A stretch of DNA of 21,005 bases from Candidatus Aenigmatarchaeota archaeon (GTDB taxonomy: Archaea; Aenigmatarchaeota; Aenigmatarchaeia; Aenigmatarchaeales; JACQIB01). The notes under the pieces are model-generated. The model did no database searches and was not told the DNA's origin. It saw only the letters and a list, made by a program, of their open reading frames with translations. Below, piece by piece: positions 1 to 7,405 of the stretch. Position 1 is the stretch's first letter. Every line of letters begins with the position of its first letter. The stretch lies in the NCBI GenBank assembly GCA_043799675.1, contig JAZDNN010000001.1, positions 1 to 21,005 on the forward strand, written 5' to 3'. Made by a program: the position numbers and the translations under genes.

Positions 1-1
1 G

Positions 2-136
2 ATAAGAAAGGTGATGGACAATCCCGCCGGGGCCGAGGTAATGGGCAAGGCGGCGAGGGCAAGATGCAAAAGGCTCTATTCAGCGGATAACATAAGACAA
101 GAGCTGCTCAGCGCCTATTCAGAAGCGTCACGTTGA
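2..136 (+). CDS. 3' end of a GT-B fold (GT4-like) glycosyltransferase, partial
   Basis: Manual translation of frame +2: IRKVMDNPAGAEVMGKAARARCKRLYSADNIRQELLSAYSEASR*, TGA at 134-136. It resembles the C-terminus of the GT4 at 4624-5775 (LAENPDTAKMMGAAGRKDVETRFNLDVATKQLVSVY). Confidence 0.7.
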   Translation: MRKVMDNPAGAEVMGKAARARCKRLYSADNIRQELLSAYSEASR

Positions 137-1053
137 GATGCCTTCGAAAATTTTACGGTCGCTTCAAGACCGCGACTGATGTCCCATTCCGGTTTCCATC
201 CGAGGAGCTTCCTTGCAAGCGAGACGTCCGCACAGGAATAGCGCACGTCACCCTCCCTTTCGGGCCCATGGGTGATTTCGGAACGGGAGCCGGTCAAGTC
301 AAGAATCTTTTTTGCAAGCTCGTTTATCGTGACGGAATGTCCGGTCCCTATATTAAGCACCTCACCGGCCGTCTGCGCTTTGGCGGCGGCAAGCATGGCC
401 TCGGTAACGTCCTCGACGTAAACGAAATCCCTGGTCTGGTCCCCGTCGCCCTGTATGGCCACTGTCCGGTTCGTCAGAGCTGCCTTCAGGAAGCGCGGCA
501 CCACCGCATAGCTTGATTCCGGATTCTGCCTAGGGCCGTACACGTTGAACAGCCTGAGCGAGACAGTTCCCATCGCATGCTCCTTGGCGTACATGGACAT
601 CAGCGATTCGACCGCCAGCTTTGACACGGCATAGGGCGAGCGGCAATCCGGCCCCATCTCCTCCCTGAGCGGCGGCTCCGCTATCCCATAGATTGCCGCA
701 CTGCTGGCGAACACCACCTTTCGAACATTGTTCGCGAGGGCGGCCTCAAGAACGTTCAGCGAGCCCGAGAGGTTGACGTCGAACGTCTCGCGGGGGTTGC
801 TGATGCTGGCGGGGACAGAAGATATGCCGGCAAGATGGAACACGACATCGGCACCCTTCAGAAGGGGAGCCAGCCTGCTCTTCAGCCTGACGTCCAAATC
901 ATGAAAGCCGATGCGCTCCCTGAGAGGAGCAAGGTTGCCGAGGTTTCCCGAGCCCAGGTTGTCCATGACCGTCACTTCACAGCCTGAATCGAGGAGCTTC
1001 CTGACCAGCGCGGAACCTATGAAGCCCGCGCCCCCCGTAACGACTGCACGCAT
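115..1053 (-). CDS. NAD-dependent nucleotide-sugar epimerase/dehydratase (extended SDR; GalE/WbpP-like)
   Basis: N-terminal VTGGAGFIG Rossmann motif, HLAG, ASSAAIYG, catalytic YAVSK (YxxxK), RLFNVYGP, GDGDQTRDFVYVED. Confidence 0.93.
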   Translation of the reverse strand: MRAVVTGGAGFIGSALVRKLLDSGCEVTVMDNLGSGNLGNLAPLRERIGFHDLDVRLKSRLAPLLKGADVVFHLAGISSVPASISNPRETFDVNLSGSLNVLEAALANNVRKVVFASSAAIYGIAEPPLREEMGPDCRSPYAVSKLAVESLMSMYAKEHAMGTVSLRLFNVYGPRQNPESSYAVVPRFLKAALTNRTVAIQGDGDQTRDFVYVEDVTEAMLAAAKAQTAGEVLNIGTGHSVTINELAKKILDLTGSRSEITHGPEREGDVRYSCADVSLARKLLGWKPEWDISRGLEATVKFSKASQRDASE

Positions 1054-1074
1054 ACTTCCACTACCAAGAAAAGA

Positions 1075-1081
1075 CTTAAAA
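1075..1081 (-). promoter_or_regulatory. Putative TATA box (TTTTAAG) for the epimerase gene
   Basis: AT-rich box 21 nt upstream of the ATG at 1053, the same spacing seen at other genes in the window. Confidence 0.5.
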
Positions 1082-1123
1082 CGTTAGCAGACGGCAGCTC
1101 CAGCTGTACCCTCGATACATTCG

Positions 1124-1131
1124 CTTAAAAA
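1124..1131 (+). promoter_or_regulatory. Putative TATA box (CTTAAAAA) for the GT2 pair
   Basis: 22 nt upstream of the ATG at 1154. Confidence 0.5.
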
Positions 1132-1153
1132 CGCGACCCATCGCAGCATTGTC

Positions 1154-2293
1154 ATGATAACCGAACTTGTCTGGATGATGTCTGCTTTTTTTGTTGGGGA
1201 GCTGGTGCTTTGGTCGGTCTTCTCGGCCTTTTTATCGTCGAAACCGGCGAAAGTCCGGCCGAACGGATATCCTTCCGTGAGCGTCATCATTCCGGCGTGG
1301 AATGAGGGGAGCGTCATACGGGAGAAGTTGTCCAACGTGCGCTCCCTGGATTATGCCGGCAAGATTGAAGCTATAGTGGTCGACGACCGTTCGGATGACG
1401 ACACTATCGGGGCCGTGAATGAGGTGGCGCGGGAATGGCCGGCAGTGAGACTGGTGAAACATGCCGACAGAAAAGGCCAGGCGGCCGCATTCAACAGCGG
1501 GGTGGCAGAGGCAAAAAATGATTTCGTGCTGCTTTCGGATGCGGACAGTTTTCTGGACAGGGATGCCCTGAAGAATGCTGTATCTTCATGGAGAGAAGGA
1601 ACGGTCGTAATAGGGCGCATCAGAAAAATCAGGGGCGGCAGGGGGATTGCCGCAAGATTGAACGAGCTCGGTTGGTTGTTCACTGCTCTCAGACAGAGTG
1701 CCGAGGGTCAGATGGACAGCACGCTCCCGGCGTTCACACCGTTTACCTTAATGAAAAGGGCGGATTGGCCCAAGCTGAACGAGGATTCCGTAGCCAACGA
1801 CCTGAATCTTGCATTGAAAGCGAGAAGGCAAGGTTTGAGGGTGGTTTCCGAGCCCTCTGCGACGCTTGAGCTGGCAAACCCGACCGCCTTTGAGGGTATA
1901 TACAGGCAGAAAAGCAGGCACGTAAGCGGAGGCGTAAAGGAGCTGTTAAAGAACGCAGGAAAGGGATTCGGCAGGAGCTGGTTCGGTTTACTTATCCTGC
2001 CACGGTTCGTTTACCATACGATTCTCAAGCAATTCGTCGCGCTCGGGGTGTTGGCGGGATGCGCAATCGTCCTTTTCATGCAGCCAGGACAGTTCCTGCA
2101 GATCGTTCTGTGTCTTGCCGCAGGCATAACCTTTTCAAACCTGATACAGGCGGCCGCTTTGGTGAGAAAATGGAATTATGGGAAAGGCATGCTTGCGTTA
2201 GCTGCCATAAGGCCGTTTCTGCAGCTTTCGGTCCTGACAATCAGCTTTACCGCGATGTTCAGGCGCGGAGGCGTGCTGTGGAGGAAGGTCTGA
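1154..2293 (+). CDS. Membrane GT2 glycosyltransferase (CESA-like architecture)
   Basis: N-terminal TM segment, PSVSVIIPAWNE, VDDRSDD, DADS (DxD), ANDL and QKSRH in place of TED/QxxRW, C-terminal TM helices. Confidence 0.9.
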   Translation: MITELVWMMSAFFVGELVLWSVFSAFLSSKPAKVRPNGYPSVSVIIPAWNEGSVIREKLSNVRSLDYAGKIEAIVVDDRSDDDTIGAVNEVAREWPAVRLVKHADRKGQAAAFNSGVAEAKNDFVLLSDADSFLDRDALKNAVSSWREGTVVIGRIRKIRGGRGIAARLNELGWLFTALRQSAEGQMDSTLPAFTPFTLMKRADWPKLNEDSVANDLNLALKARRQGLRVVSEPSATLELANPTAFEGIYRQKSRHVSGGVKELLKNAGKGFGRSWFGLLILPRFVYHTILKQFVALGVLAGCAIVLFMQPGQFLQIVLCLAAGITFSNLIQAAALVRKWNYGKGMLALAAIRPFLQLSVLTISFTAMFRRGGVLWRKV

Positions 2294-3168
2294 TGATAAC
2301 CATAGCCATAACCGCGTTCAAGGAACCGGCCAGCATACGGAAGGCGATAGAGGCGATAACGTCGCAGGACATAAGCGAGGAATACGAACTGATATGCTCA
2401 TGCCCGGATGATGAAACTGCGGCAGTCGTGAAGGAATATTCAAAATACAATCCGGCGATAAAACATCTCAAGGACCCGGGATGCGGGAAGTACACGGCGC
2501 TGAACCTGATATTCAGTCATGCGAAGGGAAGAATAATCATAATGACTGACGGGGACGTCTGGCTGACACCAGGCTCCGTAAAGGAGATGATTGCCCCTTT
2601 CGATGACGCCAAAGTCGGGCTTGCAACCGGCAGGCCGGTATCCGCAAATCCCAGGGACAACATGTGGGGCTACTGGTCGCATTTGCTGACCGAAGCAGGG
2701 GCGCATCCGATACGCACGGACAAGGTAGCCAAAGGTGAGCCGTTTTCAATAAGCGGCTACCTGTGGGCGGTGAGGAAGGGAGTAATAGATAAATTGCCCC
2801 TGGATGTCGCGGAAGACGCGATTGCACCTTACCTTGCACTTGCGAAGGGCTGGAAAATAGCATACGTACCGAAAGCAAAAGTGCTTGTCAAGTACCCTAC
2901 AAATTGGCATGACTGGTACACGCAGAAAGTAAGGAGCATACGCTGCAGCAAGAATCTCAGGAAATACGTCGATGCCAGGTACATGCGGACATTCGGAGCG
3001 GAGGCGTCGGCTGCAGGCAGGGCGTTGCATTATTCGGAGTCGTTCAGGGAACTCGTTTGGACGTTCATGTTGATTGCGGCCAGGACCGCCGCATGGGCCG
3101 GGGCCTGGCTCGAAAATGCCATGAAAGATTACGGCGAAGGTTGGGAAAGGATAGAATCAACGAAATGA
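2293..3168 (+). CDS. GT2 glycosyltransferase (CESA-like); start reassigned to ATG 2293
   Basis: MITIAITAFKEP start overlaps the upstream stop (TGATG at 2291-2295). Motifs GKYTALN, MTDGD, VAEDA, QKVRS. The ORF-track extension from 2059 lies inside the upstream gene. Confidence 0.88.
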   Translation: MITIAITAFKEPASIRKAIEAITSQDISEEYELICSCPDDETAAVVKEYSKYNPAIKHLKDPGCGKYTALNLIFSHAKGRIIIMTDGDVWLTPGSVKEMIAPFDDAKVGLATGRPVSANPRDNMWGYWSHLLTEAGAHPIRTDKVAKGEPFSISGYLWAVRKGVIDKLPLDVAEDAIAPYLALAKGWKIAYVPKAKVLVKYPTNWHDWYTQKVRSIRCSKNLRKYVDARYMRTFGAEASAAGRALHYSESFRELVWTFMLIAARTAAWAGAWLENAMKDYGEGWERIESTK

Positions 3169-4566
3169 TTATGACAGGCTGTAATATAGTTTTTTGATGT
3201 ATTTTCTTGCTGGAGATTTGTTCACCAGTCTTATCATCCGTCTGATCAAGGGATTACCGAGCACCATGAAAGGCCCGCTGAAACCTATGTCGAATTTTAC
3301 GGCCTTCAGCACCGCGCTCCTCATGAATATGGTGTATTGGAGGGCATCGTGAACGGCCTCTATGCCGCTCTTGGAAAAATTCTCAAGCTTCAGGTGAGAT
3401 TCGTAGGAATAGACGTAGTCCTTCCACTTCTCCGTTTCTATGATGTTCCTCTCCTTGCAATAGTCGTAGAGGAACGTCTTCGGCAGCGGGGAAGTGAGGG
3501 TGACCTGCGCCTCGTCCGGTCTGGCATCCTCCAGTATCCTTATGGTGTTCCTTACGCTTTCCATGGTCTCCGTGGGCGAGCCCACCATAAGGAAAGCAAG
3601 CCCTTTCATTCCCGCGGCGTGCACGTCCCTGAAGGCACTGATTATCTTCTCCCTGCTCACCCCTTTCCTGAGAATCTCGTTCCTGATGCGGTCATCCCCG
3701 CTCTCAACTCCGATGCTTATTTTCGTGCAGCCAGCCCTTTTCATCAGTTTCAGCGTTTCCATGTCTGGCATGGTGTCCGCGCGGCTGCTTGCCGTCCATG
3801 TGATGCCCATGTTCTTTTCCAGGAAACTGTTGCAGAGTTCCACCAGCCATTCCTTGTCATAGGTCAGACCATCGTCGGTGAAACGGACCTGGTTTACACC
3901 GTAAACCTTCCTGGTATTTTCTATCTCTTCCATGACGTTCCTTACGCTCCTTCTCCTTACCGCGACACCGAAAAGCCTCCTGAGCGTCGGCTGGCAGAAC
4001 GCGCAACTGAACGGGCAGCCCCTGCTGGTTATCATGCCCATGGAGCCCGATGTGAAATAGTCTCTGGACAGCAGGGTTCGGTCGGGAAAAAGGACGTTAT
4101 CCAAGTCGTGTATGTAATGCTTCTTCTCGTTTATGATTATGTTACCGTCCTTCCGATAACCTACCCCGTCTATTTCCCCAAGCCTGTCCGGGTTTTTCAT
4201 AATCTCTATTATAGTTTTCTCGCCTTCGCCTATGACAACTATATCCACGCCGTTCTCCAGCGTTTCCCTGGGAAATATCGTGGCATGGGGACCGCCGGCT
4301 ATCACTTTCCCGTCCGGGACGGCCTTTCTATACGCTTTGATGACCTCGAACGCGGAATCGGCAAATGCGGTGAATAGCGAAATCATCAGCAGTTCCGGTT
4401 TTTTGTCTGCCAGCATTTTGTTCGTTTCCTCGATTGACGTGATGGTGCCGTCTATGAAATCAAAAGCGTAATTGTTGCTTTTCAATGCGGATGCTATGTA
4501 AAGAACCCCCAGAGGGGTTGAGAAATTCCTGAAAACGTATCTCGGCCATACCAGTGCGATTCCCAT
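3169..4566 (-). CDS. Cobalamin-binding domain radical SAM enzyme (class B methyltransferase-like); start probably ATG 4566
   Basis: TPLGVLYIAS, AGGPHAT, VIGEGE B12-binding domain; SRGCPFSCAFC (CxxxCxxC); FTDD; GVESG. A TATA-like box lies 23 nt upstream of ATG 4566. Confidence 0.9.
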   Translation of the reverse strand: MGIALVWPRYVFRNFSTPLGVLYIASALKSNNYAFDFIDGTITSIEETNKMLADKKPELLMISLFTAFADSAFEVIKAYRKAVPDGKVIAGGPHATIFPRETLENGVDIVVIGEGEKTIIEIMKNPDRLGEIDGVGYRKDGNIIINEKKHYIHDLDNVLFPDRTLLSRDYFTSGSMGMITSRGCPFSCAFCQPTLRRLFGVAVRRRSVRNVMEEIENTRKVYGVNQVRFTDDGLTYDKEWLVELCNSFLEKNMGITWTASSRADTMPDMETLKLMKRAGCTKISIGVESGDDRIRNEILRKGVSREKIISAFRDVHAAGMKGLAFLMVGSPTETMESVRNTIRILEDARPDEAQVTLTSPLPKTFLYDYCKERNIIETEKWKDYVYSYESHLKLENFSKSGIEAVHDALQYTIFMRSAVLKAVKFDIGFSGPFMVLGNPLIRRMIRLVNKSPARKYIKKLYYSLS

Positions 4567-4589
4567 GTGTCGTTCTTGCATCCCAAATG

Positions 4590-4597
4590 TATTTAAG
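4590..4597 (-). promoter_or_regulatory. Putative TATA box (CTTAAATA) for radical SAM gene 1
   Basis: 23 nt upstream of ATG 4566 (MGIALVWP). Confidence 0.55.
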
Positions 4598-4623
4598 GGC
4601 AATGCCCCCTTTTGGTCAAATCC

Positions 4624-5775
4624 TCACAACGAGCGGTAGACGGAAACGAGCTGCTTGGTGGCGACATCCAGGTTGAAACGCGTTTCAACGTCCTTCCTTC
4701 CGGCGGCACCCATCATTTTTGCCGTGTCAGGATTTTCCGCCAGCGAACGCAACCGGTTCGAATAACCTTTGATATTGCCGAATTCTGTCAGATAGCCGTT
4801 CTTTCCGTTCTTCACTATATCGGGTATCCCACCGACCGCGAACGCCATCACAGGGCGACCCATTGCCATTCCTTCAAGCAACGAATAGCCGAAAGGTTCC
4901 TTTTCGGATGTCAGGCATACGACATCAGCTGCGGCGGCCGCGTCCTTTATCCGTTCGTTCGGCATCGGGCCGGTGAACGTGACGTTCCTTATGCCCAGTT
5001 CGCGTATCACCGAGTCGACCCTCGCCTTCTCTCCGGGTTCATGCGGACCAACCACAAGCAACCAGCTTTTCGGGACGCTTTTCTGCAGCTCGGAAAATAT
5101 CCTGGCCAGCAGGTCTATGCGTTTCATGCGGAAGACGCGGCCGATGTGCGCCACCACGAACGCATCCTGCGGTATTCCGTTAGCTCTCCTGAAGGCCGCA
5201 TCGTCGGCGTTCCGGTAATTGGAAAGGTCCAGAGAGTTCGGAATCACGGTGATTTTTTCCGGATTCACACCGAACTCCTTGATTAGCAGCTGTTTTCCGA
5301 ACGTTGTCAGGGAAATTATATGCGCGCTTTTCCTGACCACGCCGGCTCCGAGAGGGTTGAAAAGAACGTGATGGATGAATGCCCGCGAGGCGTTAGGGTA
5401 ACAAGGCGTCCGTTGTGTGAAAAGGAAAGGGATGCCAAGCTTCTCGGCTACCTTCAACGATTGCCACGATATCGGCTGGTAGTATTCGTTCGAATGTATG
5501 ATGTCCGGTCGGGATTCCATAAGAATGTCCCGAAGATCCGACGGATAGACAAAGCCCTTCACCTTCCACGCGATGCGGAAGCGCCGGATGTCCCAGTTTT
5601 CCGCCAGCTTTTCGTGTTTTTGCAGGTCGTTTTCCCTGCCGGAAAAATACTGGTAGGATGCACGGTTGGACGCGTATGTGGTGACGTTCACATGTTCGCG
5701 AAGACGATTGAGCTGGTGCCATATGGGGCCGCGGTAGTAGGAATCGAAATAGGTGGTGACGAAACCCAGATGCAT
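4624..5775 (-). CDS. GT4 glycosyltransferase (GT-B)
   Basis: RPDIIH, ITVIPNSLD, IGRVFRMKR, EPFGYSLLEGMAMGRPV (E-x7-E), GGIPDIV..NGYL. Confidence 0.93.
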   Translation of the reverse strand: MHLGFVTTYFDSYYRGPIWHQLNRLREHVNVTTYASNRASYQYFSGRENDLQKHEKLAENWDIRRFRIAWKVKGFVYPSDLRDILMESRPDIIHSNEYYQPISWQSLKVAEKLGIPFLFTQRTPCYPNASRAFIHHVLFNPLGAGVVRKSAHIISLTTFGKQLLIKEFGVNPEKITVIPNSLDLSNYRNADDAAFRRANGIPQDAFVVAHIGRVFRMKRIDLLARIFSELQKSVPKSWLLVVGPHEPGEKARVDSVIRELGIRNVTFTGPMPNERIKDAAAAADVVCLTSEKEPFGYSLLEGMAMGRPVMAFAVGGIPDIVKNGKNGYLTEFGNIKGYSNRLRSLAENPDTAKMMGAAGRKDVETRFNLDVATKQLVSVYRSL

Positions 5776-5796
5776 AACACTGCTCGAGCGGTGCGC

Positions 5797-5804
5797 TATA
5801 AAAA
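5797..5804 (-). promoter_or_regulatory. Putative TATA box (TTTTTATA) for the GT4 gene
   Basis: 21 nt upstream of ATG 5775. Confidence 0.6.
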
Positions 5805-5830
5805 CCTTCCCCAGTTACGGTACAACATTT

Positions 5831-7357
5831 CTATAGAATCTTATATACCGTGATGCCGGATGTACCGAATGTGACCGTTCCGTCGTAAACTTTTTTGAAG
5901 TGCGGGGAACCGTCCAGGTAACTGACAAACTGCGTAGGGGTTATTTCAGCGGAGGTCCCCTGGTTCGATACGGTAAACTGTTCTATGACTATGTAGTCGA
6001 ACCCGTGCAGCTTAAGGTGCTCATAAGAAGTGTCATTATGCGTATCCCTGATATCACTTTGGTCCGGCAGACCCCCGCTAAAGACCTTCCGTTCGGACTG
6101 ATAGGCTATCTGGTGGCCGTAAATACCGTAAATTATGGAATCCGTCGGCGTGTTTGCCTTGATCCATTGACAGCCCGTAACAAGCCCGTCCAGATTATGC
6201 TTCACACTCAGCATGACATCCAGTTTCTGGACGGCATAGAAACCGATGCCGGAAATTATTAGAATCGCGAATATCACAGCCAGCCAGGTCCCTTTGGTTT
6301 TCAGAAAATTATAGACTCCTGCCACGAACGTTCCGCCAAGGACCGCTATTCCCGGGAAGCCGAACAACGTGTTCCGAGGGACGTCCTCGGCGCGCCCGTT
6401 CATGTAAAACATAACCAGGACAAGCAGCAATACAAGAGGGATGAAGACCGCCCATATCTTGTTCTTCCTTACGAAGCCCAGGCCGAGAATTGCCAGGATT
6501 GTTGCGACCAGCCCGAACGCGAAGTCGGAGTATGCCACCAGGCCGGTCTTTATCACGGATACGGCACTGCTTGAGGACGCTTCGGCCTGCGGGAGCGCCA
6601 ACCCAAGGCTAGGAATGGTGACGTCCACTACCGGCAGGCATCCCGAACCGTAAACACCGCTTATCGAAAAGTTGCCGCAAATAATGAACGTGCGAAGCAC
6701 GGCGGGCGAATACAAGGCAGCGGCTATGATGCAGATGACCAGCAGCTCCTTCCATCTCGGCCGTGCGGTCAGGAACCATAAGATGACAAGGAACGGTATC
6801 ACAAGCAAGCCGCTGGTATCGGTCAGAAGCGCGAATCCGGCGGCCACCCCGGTCATTGCGACATGCTGCTTTTTTCCGCTTTCAAACGCGAGCACACCGA
6901 AGTATGCGGCCACGGTGAACCACAGCATGAGGGAGCCTTCCACGTAGTTCAGAACGCCGCCGTAAGATGCGACCCCGGGCAGCGATACCAGTATCAGCTC
7001 TGATGCGAGAGCGGTCCCGGTTCCCAGCGTCCGCCTGACCAGAAGGTAAAGCACAAGTCCGGACAGCACCGGCATGAGCGTCATCAGAATCTTTATTCCC
7101 GTCTCGCCGCCGATTGCAAAGGCCCACGCATCCTGAAAGAACCATAGCGGTTGCTTGGCCATGGGAAGATGATATATCGCGGTCTCATGGAGCGGGTCAT
7201 AATTCGGAAAGACGCCAGTCTCCACCATATAGCGGGCCACGCCCGCATACCAGCCCTCGTCTCCGAACACAATCGGACTGTTCAGCGTCACGCTCAGGTA
7301 ACCGATGACGGCCACCAGGGCTATAATCACTGCAAGCGTGTTTGCGGATATTCGCAC
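5831..7357 (-). CDS. GT-C fold polytopic membrane glycosyltransferase (ArnT/PMT-like, GT83/GT39-like); start probably GTG 7357
   Basis: TM1 followed by FGDEGWY (DE motif), KQPLW, many TM helices, and a C-terminal extracellular domain with WIKANTP. The ORF-track start at 7609 overlaps the divergent gene; GTG 7357 is in frame and 20 nt from a TATA box. Confidence 0.8.
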   Translation of the reverse strand: MRISANTLAVIIALVAVIGYLSVTLNSPIVFGDEGWYAGVARYMVETGVFPNYDPLHETAIYHLPMAKQPLWFFQDAWAFAIGGETGIKILMTLMPVLSGLVLYLLVRRTLGTGTALASELILVSLPGVASYGGVLNYVEGSLMLWFTVAAYFGVLAFESGKKQHVAMTGVAAGFALLTDTSGLLVIPFLVILWFLTARPRWKELLVICIIAAALYSPAVLRTFIICGNFSISGVYGSGCLPVVDVTIPSLGLALPQAEASSSSAVSVIKTGLVAYSDFAFGLVATILAILGLGFVRKNKIWAVFIPLVLLLVLVMFYMNGRAEDVPRNTLFGFPGIAVLGGTFVAGVYNFLKTKGTWLAVIFAILIISGIGFYAVQKLDVMLSVKHNLDGLVTGCQWIKANTPTDSIIYGIYGHQIAYQSERKVFSGGLPDQSDIRDTHNDTSYEHLKLHGFDYIVIEQFTVSNQGTSAEITPTQFVSYLDGSPHFKKVYDGTVTFGTSGITVYKIL

Positions 7358-7377
7358 GGGAGGAGTTATCAGCGAAG

Positions 7378-7385
7378 TTTTAAAA
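7378..7385. promoter_or_regulatory. Palindromic, putatively bidirectional TATA box TTTTAAAA
   Basis: Exactly 20 nt from GTG 7357 (-) and 20 nt from ATG 7406 (+). Confidence 0.65.
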
Positions 7386-7405
7386 GCTACTGGAGCTTCT
7401 AGGGA

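Noticed and set aside
2059..2292. N-terminal extension of the second GT2
   Set aside because: Lies in another frame of the upstream GT2; the GT2 fold begins at ATG 2293.
3337..4377. 346-aa ORF antisense to radical SAM gene 1
   Set aside because: Shadow of the coding frame; no motifs or start signals.
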